In this document: positions 48,042-56,553 of the stretch, one piece after another
How positions within the stretch are numbered: position 1 is the stretch's first letter
Layout: every line of letters starts with the position of its first letter
Notes under the pieces: generated by a model
The model's database searches: none
Told to the model about the DNA's origin: nothing
What the model saw: the letters and a program-made list of their open reading frames with translations, nothing else
Assembly (NCBI GenBank): GCA_963766305.1
Contig: CAVYAE010000078.1
Coordinates: 6,811-70,810 of the forward strand
Reading direction: 5' to 3'
Source: an uncultured Bacteroidota bacterium
GTDB lineage: Bacteria > Bacteroidota > Bacteroidia > Bacteroidales > JAAUTT01
DNA: 64,000 nt
Position numbers and translations under genes: made by a program

Positions 48042-49202
48042 ATGGGAAAAACTGTATATTTTGATTACGCGGCAACTACCTGTGTTGATACGAGAGTATT
48101 GGAAACCATGCTACCCTGGTTTTCAACTTATTTTGGAAATGCGTCAAGTCTCCACCGGTCAGGTACTGAAGCAAGGGAAATACTGAACCATTCCAGGGCC
48201 CGGATTGCAAATTGCATAGGAGCCCAACCTGATGAAATTATATTTACATCCGGAGGAACAGAAGCTAATAACTTCGCATTAAAAGGTATTGCTTTCGCCA
48301 ATAAGACGAAAGGTAACCATATAATTGTTTCTTCCATTGAGCATGATTGCGTGCTTAACTCGTGTAAATGGCTTGAAGAACAGGGATTCTATGTTTCCTA
48401 CCTACCGGTTGACAGCGCCGGATTGATTGATATCGAATATTTAAAAAGAATAATAAACAACAAAACCATTCTGGTTTCAATTATGTTCGCTAACAATGAA
48501 ATAGGTACCATAGAACCGATAGAAGACATAGGTAAAATATGCCGGCAAAATGAGGTTTATTTTCATTCTGATGCCTGCCAGAGCTTTGGCAAGATTCCAA
48601 TAGATGTTAATAAAATGAATATTGATTTGCTTACTATAAATTCTCATAAAATTTATGGACCAAAAGGTGTTGGTGCGCTATACATCCGTAAGGGTACCAA
48701 TATCACACCTCTTTTACACGGAGGAGGGCAGGAAGGAGGCCAACGTTCCTCAACAGAAAATATTCCCGGTGTAGTGGGGTTTGCCAAGGCTGCTGAACTA
48801 TGTTTGTCTGAAATGAATGATGAATATGAAAGGCTTACTCACCTAAGACAAAAACTAACATACTTCCTGCTAAATACTTATGAAGGTGTTTACATAAACG
48901 GGCATACAGAGAAACGTTTACCTGGTCATCTTAGTTTTAGTTTGCATGGTATGGAAGGCGAAACTATCCGGTTGTTACTATTGCTTGATGAGATGGGTAT
49001 TGCCGTTTCTGCAGGTTCGGCGTGTTCCTCAAATCATGGTAACAGCGCTTCTCATGTTTTACAGGCAATAGGCTTAAACCCTTTTGAAGCCAGAGGAGCC
49101 ATCAGGGTAAGTTTTGGCAGGTATACCACAGAAAAAGACATAGATCTGTTAACCAATGCTCTTAGTACTACTATTATGCAATTAAATTCAATATTTTCTT
49201 AA
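48042..49202 (+). CDS. Cysteine desulfurase, NifS/IscS (class I) family
   Basis: 'YFDYAATT', 'FTSGGTEANN', 'TINSHKIYGPKG' (PLP Lys), 'SAGSACSS' (active-site Cys loop). Confidence 0.9.
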   Translation: MGKTVYFDYAATTCVDTRVLETMLPWFSTYFGNASSLHRSGTEAREILNHSRARIANCIGAQPDEIIFTSGGTEANNFALKGIAFANKTKGNHIIVSSIEHDCVLNSCKWLEEQGFYVSYLPVDSAGLIDIEYLKRIINNKTILVSIMFANNEIGTIEPIEDIGKICRQNEVYFHSDACQSFGKIPIDVNKMNIDLLTINSHKIYGPKGVGALYIRKGTNITPLLHGGGQEGGQRSSTENIPGVVGFAKAAELCLSEMNDEYERLTHLRQKLTYFLLNTYEGVYINGHTEKRLPGHLSFSLHGMEGETIRLLLLLDEMGIAVSAGSACSSNHGNSASHVLQAIGLNPFEARGAIRVSFGRYTTEKDIDLLTNALSTTIMQLNSIFS

Positions 49203-49214
49203 AAAATTTAATAA

Positions 49215-49907
49215 ATGGAAACTTTAACATCGCCTAAAACCCCAACAAATGAATTGCTGCCAGGTCTTAATTGCGGAGCTTGTGGCTACAAAACCTGCAA
49301 TGAATTTGCAATTGCTGTTGATAACGCTGAAACTGAACTGAAAAAATGTATTCATGCCAAACAATTAGTAAAAGAGCCGGTTAAAATTAACAAATGCCGG
49401 ACATGCCTTGAGAGTGAAAACCTGGGAGATAAGCTAGGCTGGGTCGACAGCCTTAGCCGTGAGTTTGATTTTATCCTGGATGTCTTTGAAGGTGAACCGG
49501 GACCCAAAGAAACGATATTGCCGTATAACCCGTCTTTAGTTAGTGAATTAGGGGTGAAAAAAGGAGATGTCATGATTGGCCGTCCTATGGGTATGTCATG
49601 CGGATGCCCCGTCACCCATTGCGGAGTAGTGTCTGAGGTGGATGCACGTAACGGCGTTATTCACTGGAACGTAACCGGACCATTACGTCCCCGTATGGAA
49701 GGGTTTATAGATATAGGCTATTATGTTTCCCAGGCATATGAAGGAGTTATAAAAGAATCGAAAGAAGAAATAAAATTAGGCAGGCGTTACTGGTTTTTGC
49801 CCCGCAGGTGTATGTTACAGTGGAGGCACAGCGGATTGGTTAATGCAGTTACAAAAATGAAAGACAGCAGTTATAAAGTCCGCATAGAAGGGTTATTTAT
49901 AGGTTGA
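49215..49907 (+). CDS. Fe-S-binding protein (RnfB-type N-terminal 4Fe-4S domain + uncharacterised Cys-containing C-terminal domain)
   Basis: 'LPGLNCGACGYKTCNEFA...KKC' matches the CxxCx4C...C motif of the RnfB N-terminal Fe-S domain. A second cluster 'MSCGCPVTHCG' follows. The rest is unrecognised. Confidence 0.55.
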   Translation: METLTSPKTPTNELLPGLNCGACGYKTCNEFAIAVDNAETELKKCIHAKQLVKEPVKINKCRTCLESENLGDKLGWVDSLSREFDFILDVFEGEPGPKETILPYNPSLVSELGVKKGDVMIGRPMGMSCGCPVTHCGVVSEVDARNGVIHWNVTGPLRPRMEGFIDIGYYVSQAYEGVIKESKEEIKLGRRYWFLPRRCMLQWRHSGLVNAVTKMKDSSYKVRIEGLFIG

Positions 49908-49990
49908 ATTTCACTACATCCGGAAATTTATTATTTTAATATTAATTTAATCGTTAAATTAGCCAGAAAGATAATTTATACCGGACTTTA

Positions 49991-50806
49991 ATGAACATTG
50001 ACGATAAATATATATCCCTGATCAAATATATAAAATCAACACAAAGCCTGACAGTAGCTTTTTCAGGAGGAATTGACAGCGCTTTTCTTTTGTTTGCTGC
50101 CAGGGAGGCATTAGGCAAGAAGAATGTTTTAGCTGTTACGATAAAAACGCTTTATTTTCCTGAGAGGGATTTAAAGGACGCACTTGAATTCAGTAAAAAA
50201 CTTTCTGTAAAGCATCAGGTTATTGATCATATAGTACCCGATAATTTAAGGCCAAACCCTGTTGACAGATGTTACTACTGTAAAAAGTTTGAATTTTCTG
50301 TTATTATAAACAAGTCCAGAGAGTACAATATAAGCAATGTAGCTGCAGGATTAAATGCAGATGACCCCTCTGACTACAGACCAGGAATATCTGCCATGAA
50401 TGAACTTAACGTACTTTTCCCTTTACAGGAGGTTAACCTGAGTAAAAAAGAAATAAGGGAACTGGCAAGGAAATTTAACCTGAAACTATGGAATAAGCCC
50501 GCCAATGCTTGTATCCTTTCCCGTATCCCATATGGTGATTTTATTACCGATGAAACGATTAAACGTATACAGGAGGCAGAGATTATTCTGCAAAAAGAAG
50601 GATTTGTAAACCCACGTGTACGTACCTACGGTACTACTGCAAGTATCGAAGTTGAACAAAATGAAATAACCAGGTTTTCGGATGATGAGCTCACTTCCAG
50701 AGTTTATTCAGCTATAAAATTACTTGGATATGAAGCTATTACTATAGACAAAAAAGGTTATAGGACAGGAAGCCTTAATGAAGGGGTTGTAACGCCGGTA
50801 AAATAA
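49991..50806 (+). CDS. LarE-like PP-loop ATP pyrophosphatase / sulfur transferase (TIGR00268-like), three-Cys ([4Fe-4S]-type) variant
   Basis: PP-loop 'AFSGGIDSAF', 'DRCYYCKKFEF' (CxxC) and 'ANACILSRIPYG' (third Cys, at the position of the sacrificial Cys in L. plantarum LarE). Confidence 0.75.
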   Translation: MNIDDKYISLIKYIKSTQSLTVAFSGGIDSAFLLFAAREALGKKNVLAVTIKTLYFPERDLKDALEFSKKLSVKHQVIDHIVPDNLRPNPVDRCYYCKKFEFSVIINKSREYNISNVAAGLNADDPSDYRPGISAMNELNVLFPLQEVNLSKKEIRELARKFNLKLWNKPANACILSRIPYGDFITDETIKRIQEAEIILQKEGFVNPRVRTYGTTASIEVEQNEITRFSDDELTSRVYSAIKLLGYEAITIDKKGYRTGSLNEGVVTPVK

Positions 50807-50848
50807 ATACAGTTATATAGCTATTAAAATATACCATAAACAAGGTAT
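50807..50848. promoter_or_regulatory. Paired palindromic operator candidates upstream of the LuxR-type regulator
   Basis: Perfect ATACC-ataaacaa-GGTAT at 50831-50848. A degenerate ATACA-N8-GCTAT at 50807-50824 lies 24 bp away centre to centre. Confidence 0.5.
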
Positions 50849-51085
50849 TTTATTTTAATAACATAATTATCATTTTTGTATACCATATATAATATCCAAA
50901 GGATTGATTCAAATACTCCAAAATATTAACTTTTTGAGAATAAACAGATATTCCTGTTGTTGTAGTTGGTGAAATCAACTTTAACATAAGTAAAACATTC
51001 TGTTTCTTATTATACTTCCTGTTGATTTCACCCAAGCTCATCCCTTTATTTTTAGTTTTTACAAATAAAATTAATTCCAGGTAAA

Positions 51086-51748
51086 ATGGAAAATATTAAT
51101 ATTTTATTGGCAGATAATCAACCGTTCACACGAATTGGCATAACCTCCGTACTATCAGGTTATTTTAACAAGCAAATTATTGTAGATCATGCGACTAACA
51201 GAGAAGAGCTTCATGAAAAATTACATCTTAATAATTCGCATGTATTAATAATTGATTATGAATTATTCGACTTTAACAATATAAATGAATTATCAGAAAT
51301 AAGGACCATTTCCCCCGGAATTGGCATACTGGTTATAACAGATAACCGTAATCCTGACAATGTTATTAAAGTCCTTAATTCCGGAATAACGAATTACATT
51401 CTAAAGTCAGCCAATGAGCAGGAACTTATAGATGCCTTCAATGCTACGGTAAATAACAGGAAATATTTTAGCAGTGAAATACTGGATGTACTGCTTGAGA
51501 AAAAAAATAATTCCCGGAATGGACATGCCTCACGCGGACAGATTACCCCTTCTGAAATAGATATTGTCAAATTAATTACACAGGGTTTAACAACAAAAGA
51601 AATAGCATCTCAGAAAAAACTCAGTTACCATACAATAATTACACACCGGAAGAATATTTTCCGAAAAGTTGGAATAAACAATACCTCAGAACTTATAATG
51701 TATGCAATGCGAACCGGAATAGTTGATTCTACAGAATATTTTATTTAA
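51086..51748 (+). CDS. NarL/FixJ (LuxR-HTH) family response regulator
   Basis: Receiver domain ('ILLADNQP', 'VLIIDYEL', 'ILVITDN', 'NYILKS') plus C-terminal 'ITPSEIDIVKLITQGLTTKEIASQKKLSYHTIITHRKNIFRKVG' LuxR-type HTH. Confidence 0.85.
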   Translation: MENINILLADNQPFTRIGITSVLSGYFNKQIIVDHATNREELHEKLHLNNSHVLIIDYELFDFNNINELSEIRTISPGIGILVITDNRNPDNVIKVLNSGITNYILKSANEQELIDAFNATVNNRKYFSSEILDVLLEKKNNSRNGHASRGQITPSEIDIVKLITQGLTTKEIASQKKLSYHTIITHRKNIFRKVGINNTSELIMYAMRTGIVDSTEYFI

Positions 51749-51806
51749 AAAATAAATTATCTTGCACTATAGAAATACTTCTGCATTATAAATAAATAAT
51801 TAAATA

Positions 51807-52984
51807 ATGAATAAAAGTTTTGGATCGCAACTGATTCACTTGGGAGAAACGAACCCGGAATCGATATCAAAGCCAAAATCCTTACCTATTTCGTTGACTT
51901 CAGTTTATGTTTTTGATGATATGGAATCCCTGGATGAGATATATTCAGGAGAGTCTAAAGGTTTTATATACACCAGGAACGGGAACCCGGTTCATGATGC
52001 GTTGAAGGAAATTATGGTAAACATAGAAGAAGGTGAAGATGCTCAGGTATTTTCATCCGGAATGGCTGCTATTGTCCTGAGTATAATTTCTCAGGTAAAG
52101 GCAGGTGATCATATAATTGCTGCAAATGTGCTTTACGGGATCAGTTATTTGTTTCTAAAATCGGAACTTTCAAGATTTAATGTTGACGTCACTTTTGCTG
52201 ACGTTATAAATGAAGATATTACGCCTTATTTTAAACCCAATACAAAGCTGGTTTATGTTGAAACCATTTCAAACCCCCTAATGGAGGTTATTGATATAGC
52301 AACAATCGCCAAGGCAGCTCATGCCAATAATGCAAAACTGATAGTTGATAATACCTTTGCCACACCTGTTATTTGTCAGCCATTATTACTCGGAGCTGAT
52401 ATTGTTGTCTACAGTGCAACAAAATACCTAAGCGGTCACAGTGATGTAACAGCAGGAATAGTTGTTTCCAATCTGGAAACCATTAAAGATATTTATACAA
52501 AGGGAATACTTTACGGACCAACCTTGAGCCCTTTTGATTCCTGGCTTATCATCCGAAGTCTGAGAACCCTGGAGTTAAGGATTAAGCAGCATTCGGACAA
52601 TGCTTTAAAATTAGCAACTTACCTTCAAACCAGCCCTAAAATAAAAAAGGTATATTATCCTGGTTTACAATCATCGTCAAGTTACGGATTAGCCGGCAGG
52701 ATTTTCAATAACGGATTATATGGAGGTATGCTGAGTATCGATCTGACAGGGGGGAAAAAAGTGCATATGCATTATTACGGTTGCTGACCACAATTAAGTT
52801 GGTGCCAAGTCTTGCAGGTGTTTCAACTTCGACCTCTTACCCTGCAAAAATATCTCACAGGGCGTTGAATGACCAGGAGCTTGAAAAAGCAAACATCTCC
52901 AAAGGATTAATTCGTGTTTCAGTGGGTCTTGAAAATGCCGATGATATTATTGCTGAATTTGAACAGGCTTTAATTAACCTTTAA
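51807..52984 (+). pseudogene. Trans-sulfuration PLP enzyme (cystathionine gamma-synthase/lyase family), one frameshift at a G6A6 run
   Basis: 'YTRNGNPV', 'FSSGMAAI', 'YSATKYLSGHSDVTAGIVV' (PLP Lys). The C-terminal 'SLAGVSTSTSYPAKISHRAL...LIRVSVGLENADDII' is in another frame. Adding one base in GGGGGGAAAAAA (52749-52760) restores '...DLTGGKKSAYALLRLLTTIKLVPSLAGV...'. Confidence 0.8.
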
Positions 52985-53104
52985 AGGTATTTTTTTTAAA
53001 TAAGCCTTCTTAATATCATATCCCTTATTTTTTCCCATATTGTGTTTCGTTTTCTTCTGCTATTATAGGGCTTTTGTCCGCGAAAAAAAACGCCGTATAA
53101 CCTA

Positions 53105-53145
53105 ATACCTCAAATTAGGTATATAAGATACCAACAATGAGGGAT
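53105..53145. promoter_or_regulatory. Paired palindromic operator candidates upstream of cysK
   Basis: Perfect ATACC-tcaaatta-GGTAT at 53105-53122. ATACC-N8-GGGAT at 53128-53145 lies 23 bp away centre to centre. The pair sits 63-103 nt upstream of the cysK ATG. Confidence 0.6.
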
Positions 53146-53207
53146 TTTATTAATTTAAAATGTTCCTCACCTTTGAAAAATAATGTAATATTCAAATTAT
53201 TAAAATA

Positions 53208-54143
53208 ATGGCTGGTATTGCTAAAACATTGACCGACCTCATTGGGAACACTCCTTTAATGGAACTGGCAAATATTGAGAGAACCTTTAAATTACATGCC
53301 ACAGTTATTGCTAAACTGGAATTATATAATCCCGCAAGAAGTGTTAAGGACAGGATAGGTTTTGCGATGATAAAAGCAGGTGAAAACCAGGGTCTGATAA
53401 ATAAGAATACAACTATAATTGAACCAACAAGCGGTAACACGGGTATTGCTTTAGCTTTTGTTGCAGCAGCCAGAAATTACAAGCTTATACTTATAATGCC
53501 TGAAACCATGAGTATTGAGCGTCGGAACCTTTTGACTGCCCTGGGTGCACAGATAGTTTTAACACCGGGACATGAAGGTATGGGAGGTGCTGTGAGGAAG
53601 GCTGAAGAACTGCATGCCAAAACGCCAAATTCCTTTATCCCCCAGCAATTTAAAAACGCCGCTAATCCTGAAATTCACAGGACTACCACAGCAGAAGAAA
53701 TCTGGAACGATACAGATGGTGATATTGATATTTTTGTTTCAGGCGTTGGCACAGGAGGTACCATTACAGGAGTGGGTGAGGTCCTTAAAAAAAGAAAGCC
53801 CGACATAAAAATTGTGGCGGTGGAACCTTTCGACTCCCCTGTTTTATCGGAAGGCCGACCAGGACCACATAAAATACAGGGTATAGGTGCCGGATTTGTG
53901 CCTGAAGTATTAAACAGGAATGTTATAGATGAAATCATTAAGGTCAAAAATGATGAAGCATTTCAGACAGGAAGGGACCTGGCACGTTTTGAAGGGCTCC
54001 TGGTAGGAATATCTTCCGGAGCTGCCGTTTATGCAGCTGTTCATTTAGCAAAACGTCAGGAGAATAAAGGGAAAAAAATAGTTGTAGTTGTTCCGGATAC
54101 AGGGGAAAGATATATATCTACTTTATTGTATAATAAGGAATAA
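53208..54143 (+). CDS. cysK: Cysteine synthase A (O-acetylserine sulfhydrylase)
   Basis: '[10 protein letters not shown]', '[11 protein letters not shown]' (PLP Lys), '[12 protein letters not shown]', '[10 protein letters not shown]', 'GISSGAA'. Confidence 0.95.
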   Translation: MAGIAKTLTDLIGNTPLMELANIERTFKLHATVIAKLELYNPARSVKDRIGFAMIKAGENQGLINKNTTIIEPTSGNTGIALAFVAAARNYKLILIMPETMSIERRNLLTALGAQIVLTPGHEGMGGAVRKAEELHAKTPNSFIPQQFKNAANPEIHRTTTAEEIWNDTDGDIDIFVSGVGTGGTITGVGEVLKKRKPDIKIVAVEPFDSPVLSEGRPGPHKIQGIGAGFVPEVLNRNVIDEIIKVKNDEAFQTGRDLARFEGLLVGISSGAAVYAAVHLAKRQENKGKKIVVVVPDTGERYISTLLYNKE

Positions 54144-54374
54144 AGGGACTAAATCTCAGGAAGAAATAACTACATAATAGTAATCAACACCTGACATAAA
54201 AATTCAGATAAAAATTAACTCCGTATGCAAAACAGTCAGAAAAATAAATTACACCGTGCTCAAAATATTCAGTATAATGATTAACTCTTGACAAAAAACT
54301 TTCACCATAATAATAAACTTCAGACATCAAATCTTCAGAATAGTAATTAAAACAAAACATAATAAGACAATCAT

Positions 54375-55058
54375 ATGCAAATTAAAGTAAATGGTAAAGA
54401 ACAGAAAATTGAACAGAACCCTTTATTATTGCTCGATCTGATCAAACAAAATAATGTCAGGCAACCTGATATGGTATCCGTTCAGCTTAATGGAAATTTT
54501 GTCCAAAGGGGAGATTTTGACAATACTGCAATAAAAGAAGGGGATGAGGTTGAATTCCTTTACTTTATGGGTGGAGGTCAAGGCGATAGGAAAAAATTGT
54601 CTATTATAAGTTTTAGTGGAGATTTTGATAAACTTGTAGCCGCGTTTACCTTGGCTACCGGCTCAGCTGCAGTCGGATTGGATGTATTTATATTTTTTAC
54701 TTTCTGGGGTTTAAATGTTATTAAAAAGGAACGCGGAAGAAAAGCCTTAGGTAAGGGGTTTCTTGCCAAATTCTTTGTATTTCTGCAGGGAGGAAGGAAT
54801 AATTTACCTTTAAGCAGATTAAATTTTGGCGGCATAAGTCCCAAACTAATGACACATATGATGCGCCAGAGGAATGTTGCTACACTTGATGAACTTATTG
54901 ATGCGGCTATTGCTCTTGATGTTAAACTTTATGCATGCGAAATGTCCGGGGTAATTCTCGGTTTGGACAAGGATACTTATATCCCTGAAGTAAAAGAGGT
55001 AATAGGAGTGGCTAAATTCCTTGAGCTCTCTGAAGGCGGCGACAGGATTTTCATTTAA
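54375..55058 (+). CDS. Fusion protein: ThiS/MoaD-type sulfur carrier (residues 1-68, ending ...FMGGG) + DsrE/DsrF/DrsH-like domain
   Basis: N-terminus 'MQIKVNGKEQKIE...VQLNGNFVQRGDFDNTAIKEGDEVEFLYFMGGG' is a complete ThiS ending in the Gly-Gly(-Gly) terminus. The remainder, 'KLSIISFSGDFDKLVAAFTLATGSAAVGLDVFIFFTFWGLNVI...LYACEMSGVILGL', matches the COG2210/DrsE_2 family, including the conserved Cys. Confidence 0.75.
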   Translation: MQIKVNGKEQKIEQNPLLLLDLIKQNNVRQPDMVSVQLNGNFVQRGDFDNTAIKEGDEVEFLYFMGGGQGDRKKLSIISFSGDFDKLVAAFTLATGSAAVGLDVFIFFTFWGLNVIKKERGRKALGKGFLAKFFVFLQGGRNNLPLSRLNFGGISPKLMTHMMRQRNVATLDELIDAAIALDVKLYACEMSGVILGLDKDTYIPEVKEVIGVAKFLELSEGGDRIFI

Positions 55059-55083
55059 TAGTTTAAATTATATATAAATATTT

Positions 55084-56520
55084 ATGTCTGAAGATTTTAC
55101 AACACGAAGCGTAACTACAGTCATTGCCCGCAACCTGGCGAATACAACCAAGACGGTTCCTCAAATGGGGTCTATAACCCCAAGGTATTTACTTAAACTG
55201 CTGCCATGGGTGCATGTGGCATCCGGTACATACAGGGTCAACAGGACTAAAGTTGAGCTTAAGAAAGCCGACCGTATTGAAATAGATTACAGGGAAGGTT
55301 CAGCTTCATTTCAGTCCGAAGCTTTAAAAAGCATACCACTGTTTTCATCACTCGAAGAGGATATCCTTGAACGAATTGCAACACGCTTTACCACAGAAGA
55401 AGCAGATCTGGGAAGCAACCTTATTCTTGAAGGCGAAGACAGGCATAAGTTTTTTATAATTGCACACGGTCAGGTGGAGGTCTTAAGTAAGGGACTCCAC
55501 GGGGAAGAACTCAGGATTGCACTTTTATCGGAAGGGGAATATTTCGGTGAGGAAGATTTTATCACAGACAGGCCATCAGACGTTACAGTAAGGGCAATAA
55601 CCCATGGGGTATTTCTAACCTTATCTGGAAAGGATCTGGAGGCAATTTTCAGTGAAATCCCAAATTCACGCAAGAAATTTGAAAAAGCCAGGGAAGATTA
55701 TGCTAGATTAAGATCTTCGGTGAACAAACACGGAGAACGACATATAGACCTGGTATCAGGTTTAGAGGAAGACCATGTAATACCTGAAACTTATGTGGAT
55801 TATGCAGTAAAACCCAAGGAATATTCACTAAATGCTATTCAAACCATTGTGAGGGTCCATACCAGAGTATCCGACCTTTACAACGATCCCCACAACCAGC
55901 TGGAACAACAAATGCGGCTGACCATTGAAGGCATGAAAGAAAAGCAGGAATGGGAACTAATTAATAACAAGGAATTTGGATTGTTACATGCTGTAGATCC
56001 CAGCCAGCGAATAAGCACACGTTATGGAGCACCTACCCCTGACGATCTGGATGAGTTACTTGCTCTCGTTTGGAAAAAACCAGCTTTCTTTTTGGCACAT
56101 CCCAAAGCTATAGCTGCTTTTGAACGTGAGTGTACCTGGAGAGGAGTACCGCCGGTTACTATTCAGCTATTTGGAAGTCCTATAGTAACATGGAGGGGTG
56201 TTCCATTAATCCCGAATGACAAGCTTGAAGTAAGGGGACATTTATCCAGCCGTGGTCTTGGTACTACCAATATATTACTTATAAGGGTAGGAGAGGATGA
56301 GCAGGGGGTAGTGGGTCTGCACCAGGCAGGAATTCCGGGGGAAATTTCTCCCAGCCTTTCTGCACGTCTGATGGGATTGGACCGCCTGGGTGTTGCTTCT
56401 TACCTGTTAACCCAGTATTTTTCATTGGCCGTACTTACGGATGATGCATTGGCAGTTCTTGAAAATGTAGAAGTGGGATATTATCACGATTATCAGCACA
56501 GAATTCCAAAAGTAAAATGA
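55084..56520 (+). CDS. Family 2B encapsulin nanocompartment shell protein (HK97 fold with inserted cNMP-binding domain)
   Basis: 'ARNLANTTKTVPQMGSITPRYLLKLLPW', 'IPETYVDYAVKPKEYSLNAIQTIVRVHTRVSDLYN', 'YGAPTPDDLDELLALVWKKPAFFLAHPKAIAAFERECTWRGVPP', 'WRGVPLIP' and 'LAVLTDDALAVLENVEV' match my memory of SrpI-type Family 2 shells. Residues ~85-200 ('IPLFSSL...FGEEDF...RPSDVTVRA') form a CRP-like cNMP-binding domain. Confidence 0.85.
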   Translation: MSEDFTTRSVTTVIARNLANTTKTVPQMGSITPRYLLKLLPWVHVASGTYRVNRTKVELKKADRIEIDYREGSASFQSEALKSIPLFSSLEEDILERIATRFTTEEADLGSNLILEGEDRHKFFIIAHGQVEVLSKGLHGEELRIALLSEGEYFGEEDFITDRPSDVTVRAITHGVFLTLSGKDLEAIFSEIPNSRKKFEKAREDYARLRSSVNKHGERHIDLVSGLEEDHVIPETYVDYAVKPKEYSLNAIQTIVRVHTRVSDLYNDPHNQLEQQMRLTIEGMKEKQEWELINNKEFGLLHAVDPSQRISTRYGAPTPDDLDELLALVWKKPAFFLAHPKAIAAFERECTWRGVPPVTIQLFGSPIVTWRGVPLIPNDKLEVRGHLSSRGLGTTNILLIRVGEDEQGVVGLHQAGIPGEISPSLSARLMGLDRLGVASYLLTQYFSLAVLTDDALAVLENVEVGYYHDYQHRIPKVK

Positions 56521-56553
56521 TTATACAAATACACAAAATATACAAAATAATAT

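Noticed and set aside
50850-51041. 63-aa minus-strand ORF between the LarE-like gene and the regulator.
   Set aside because: No motif, AT-rich codon content, and it occupies the putative promoter/operator region of the regulator.
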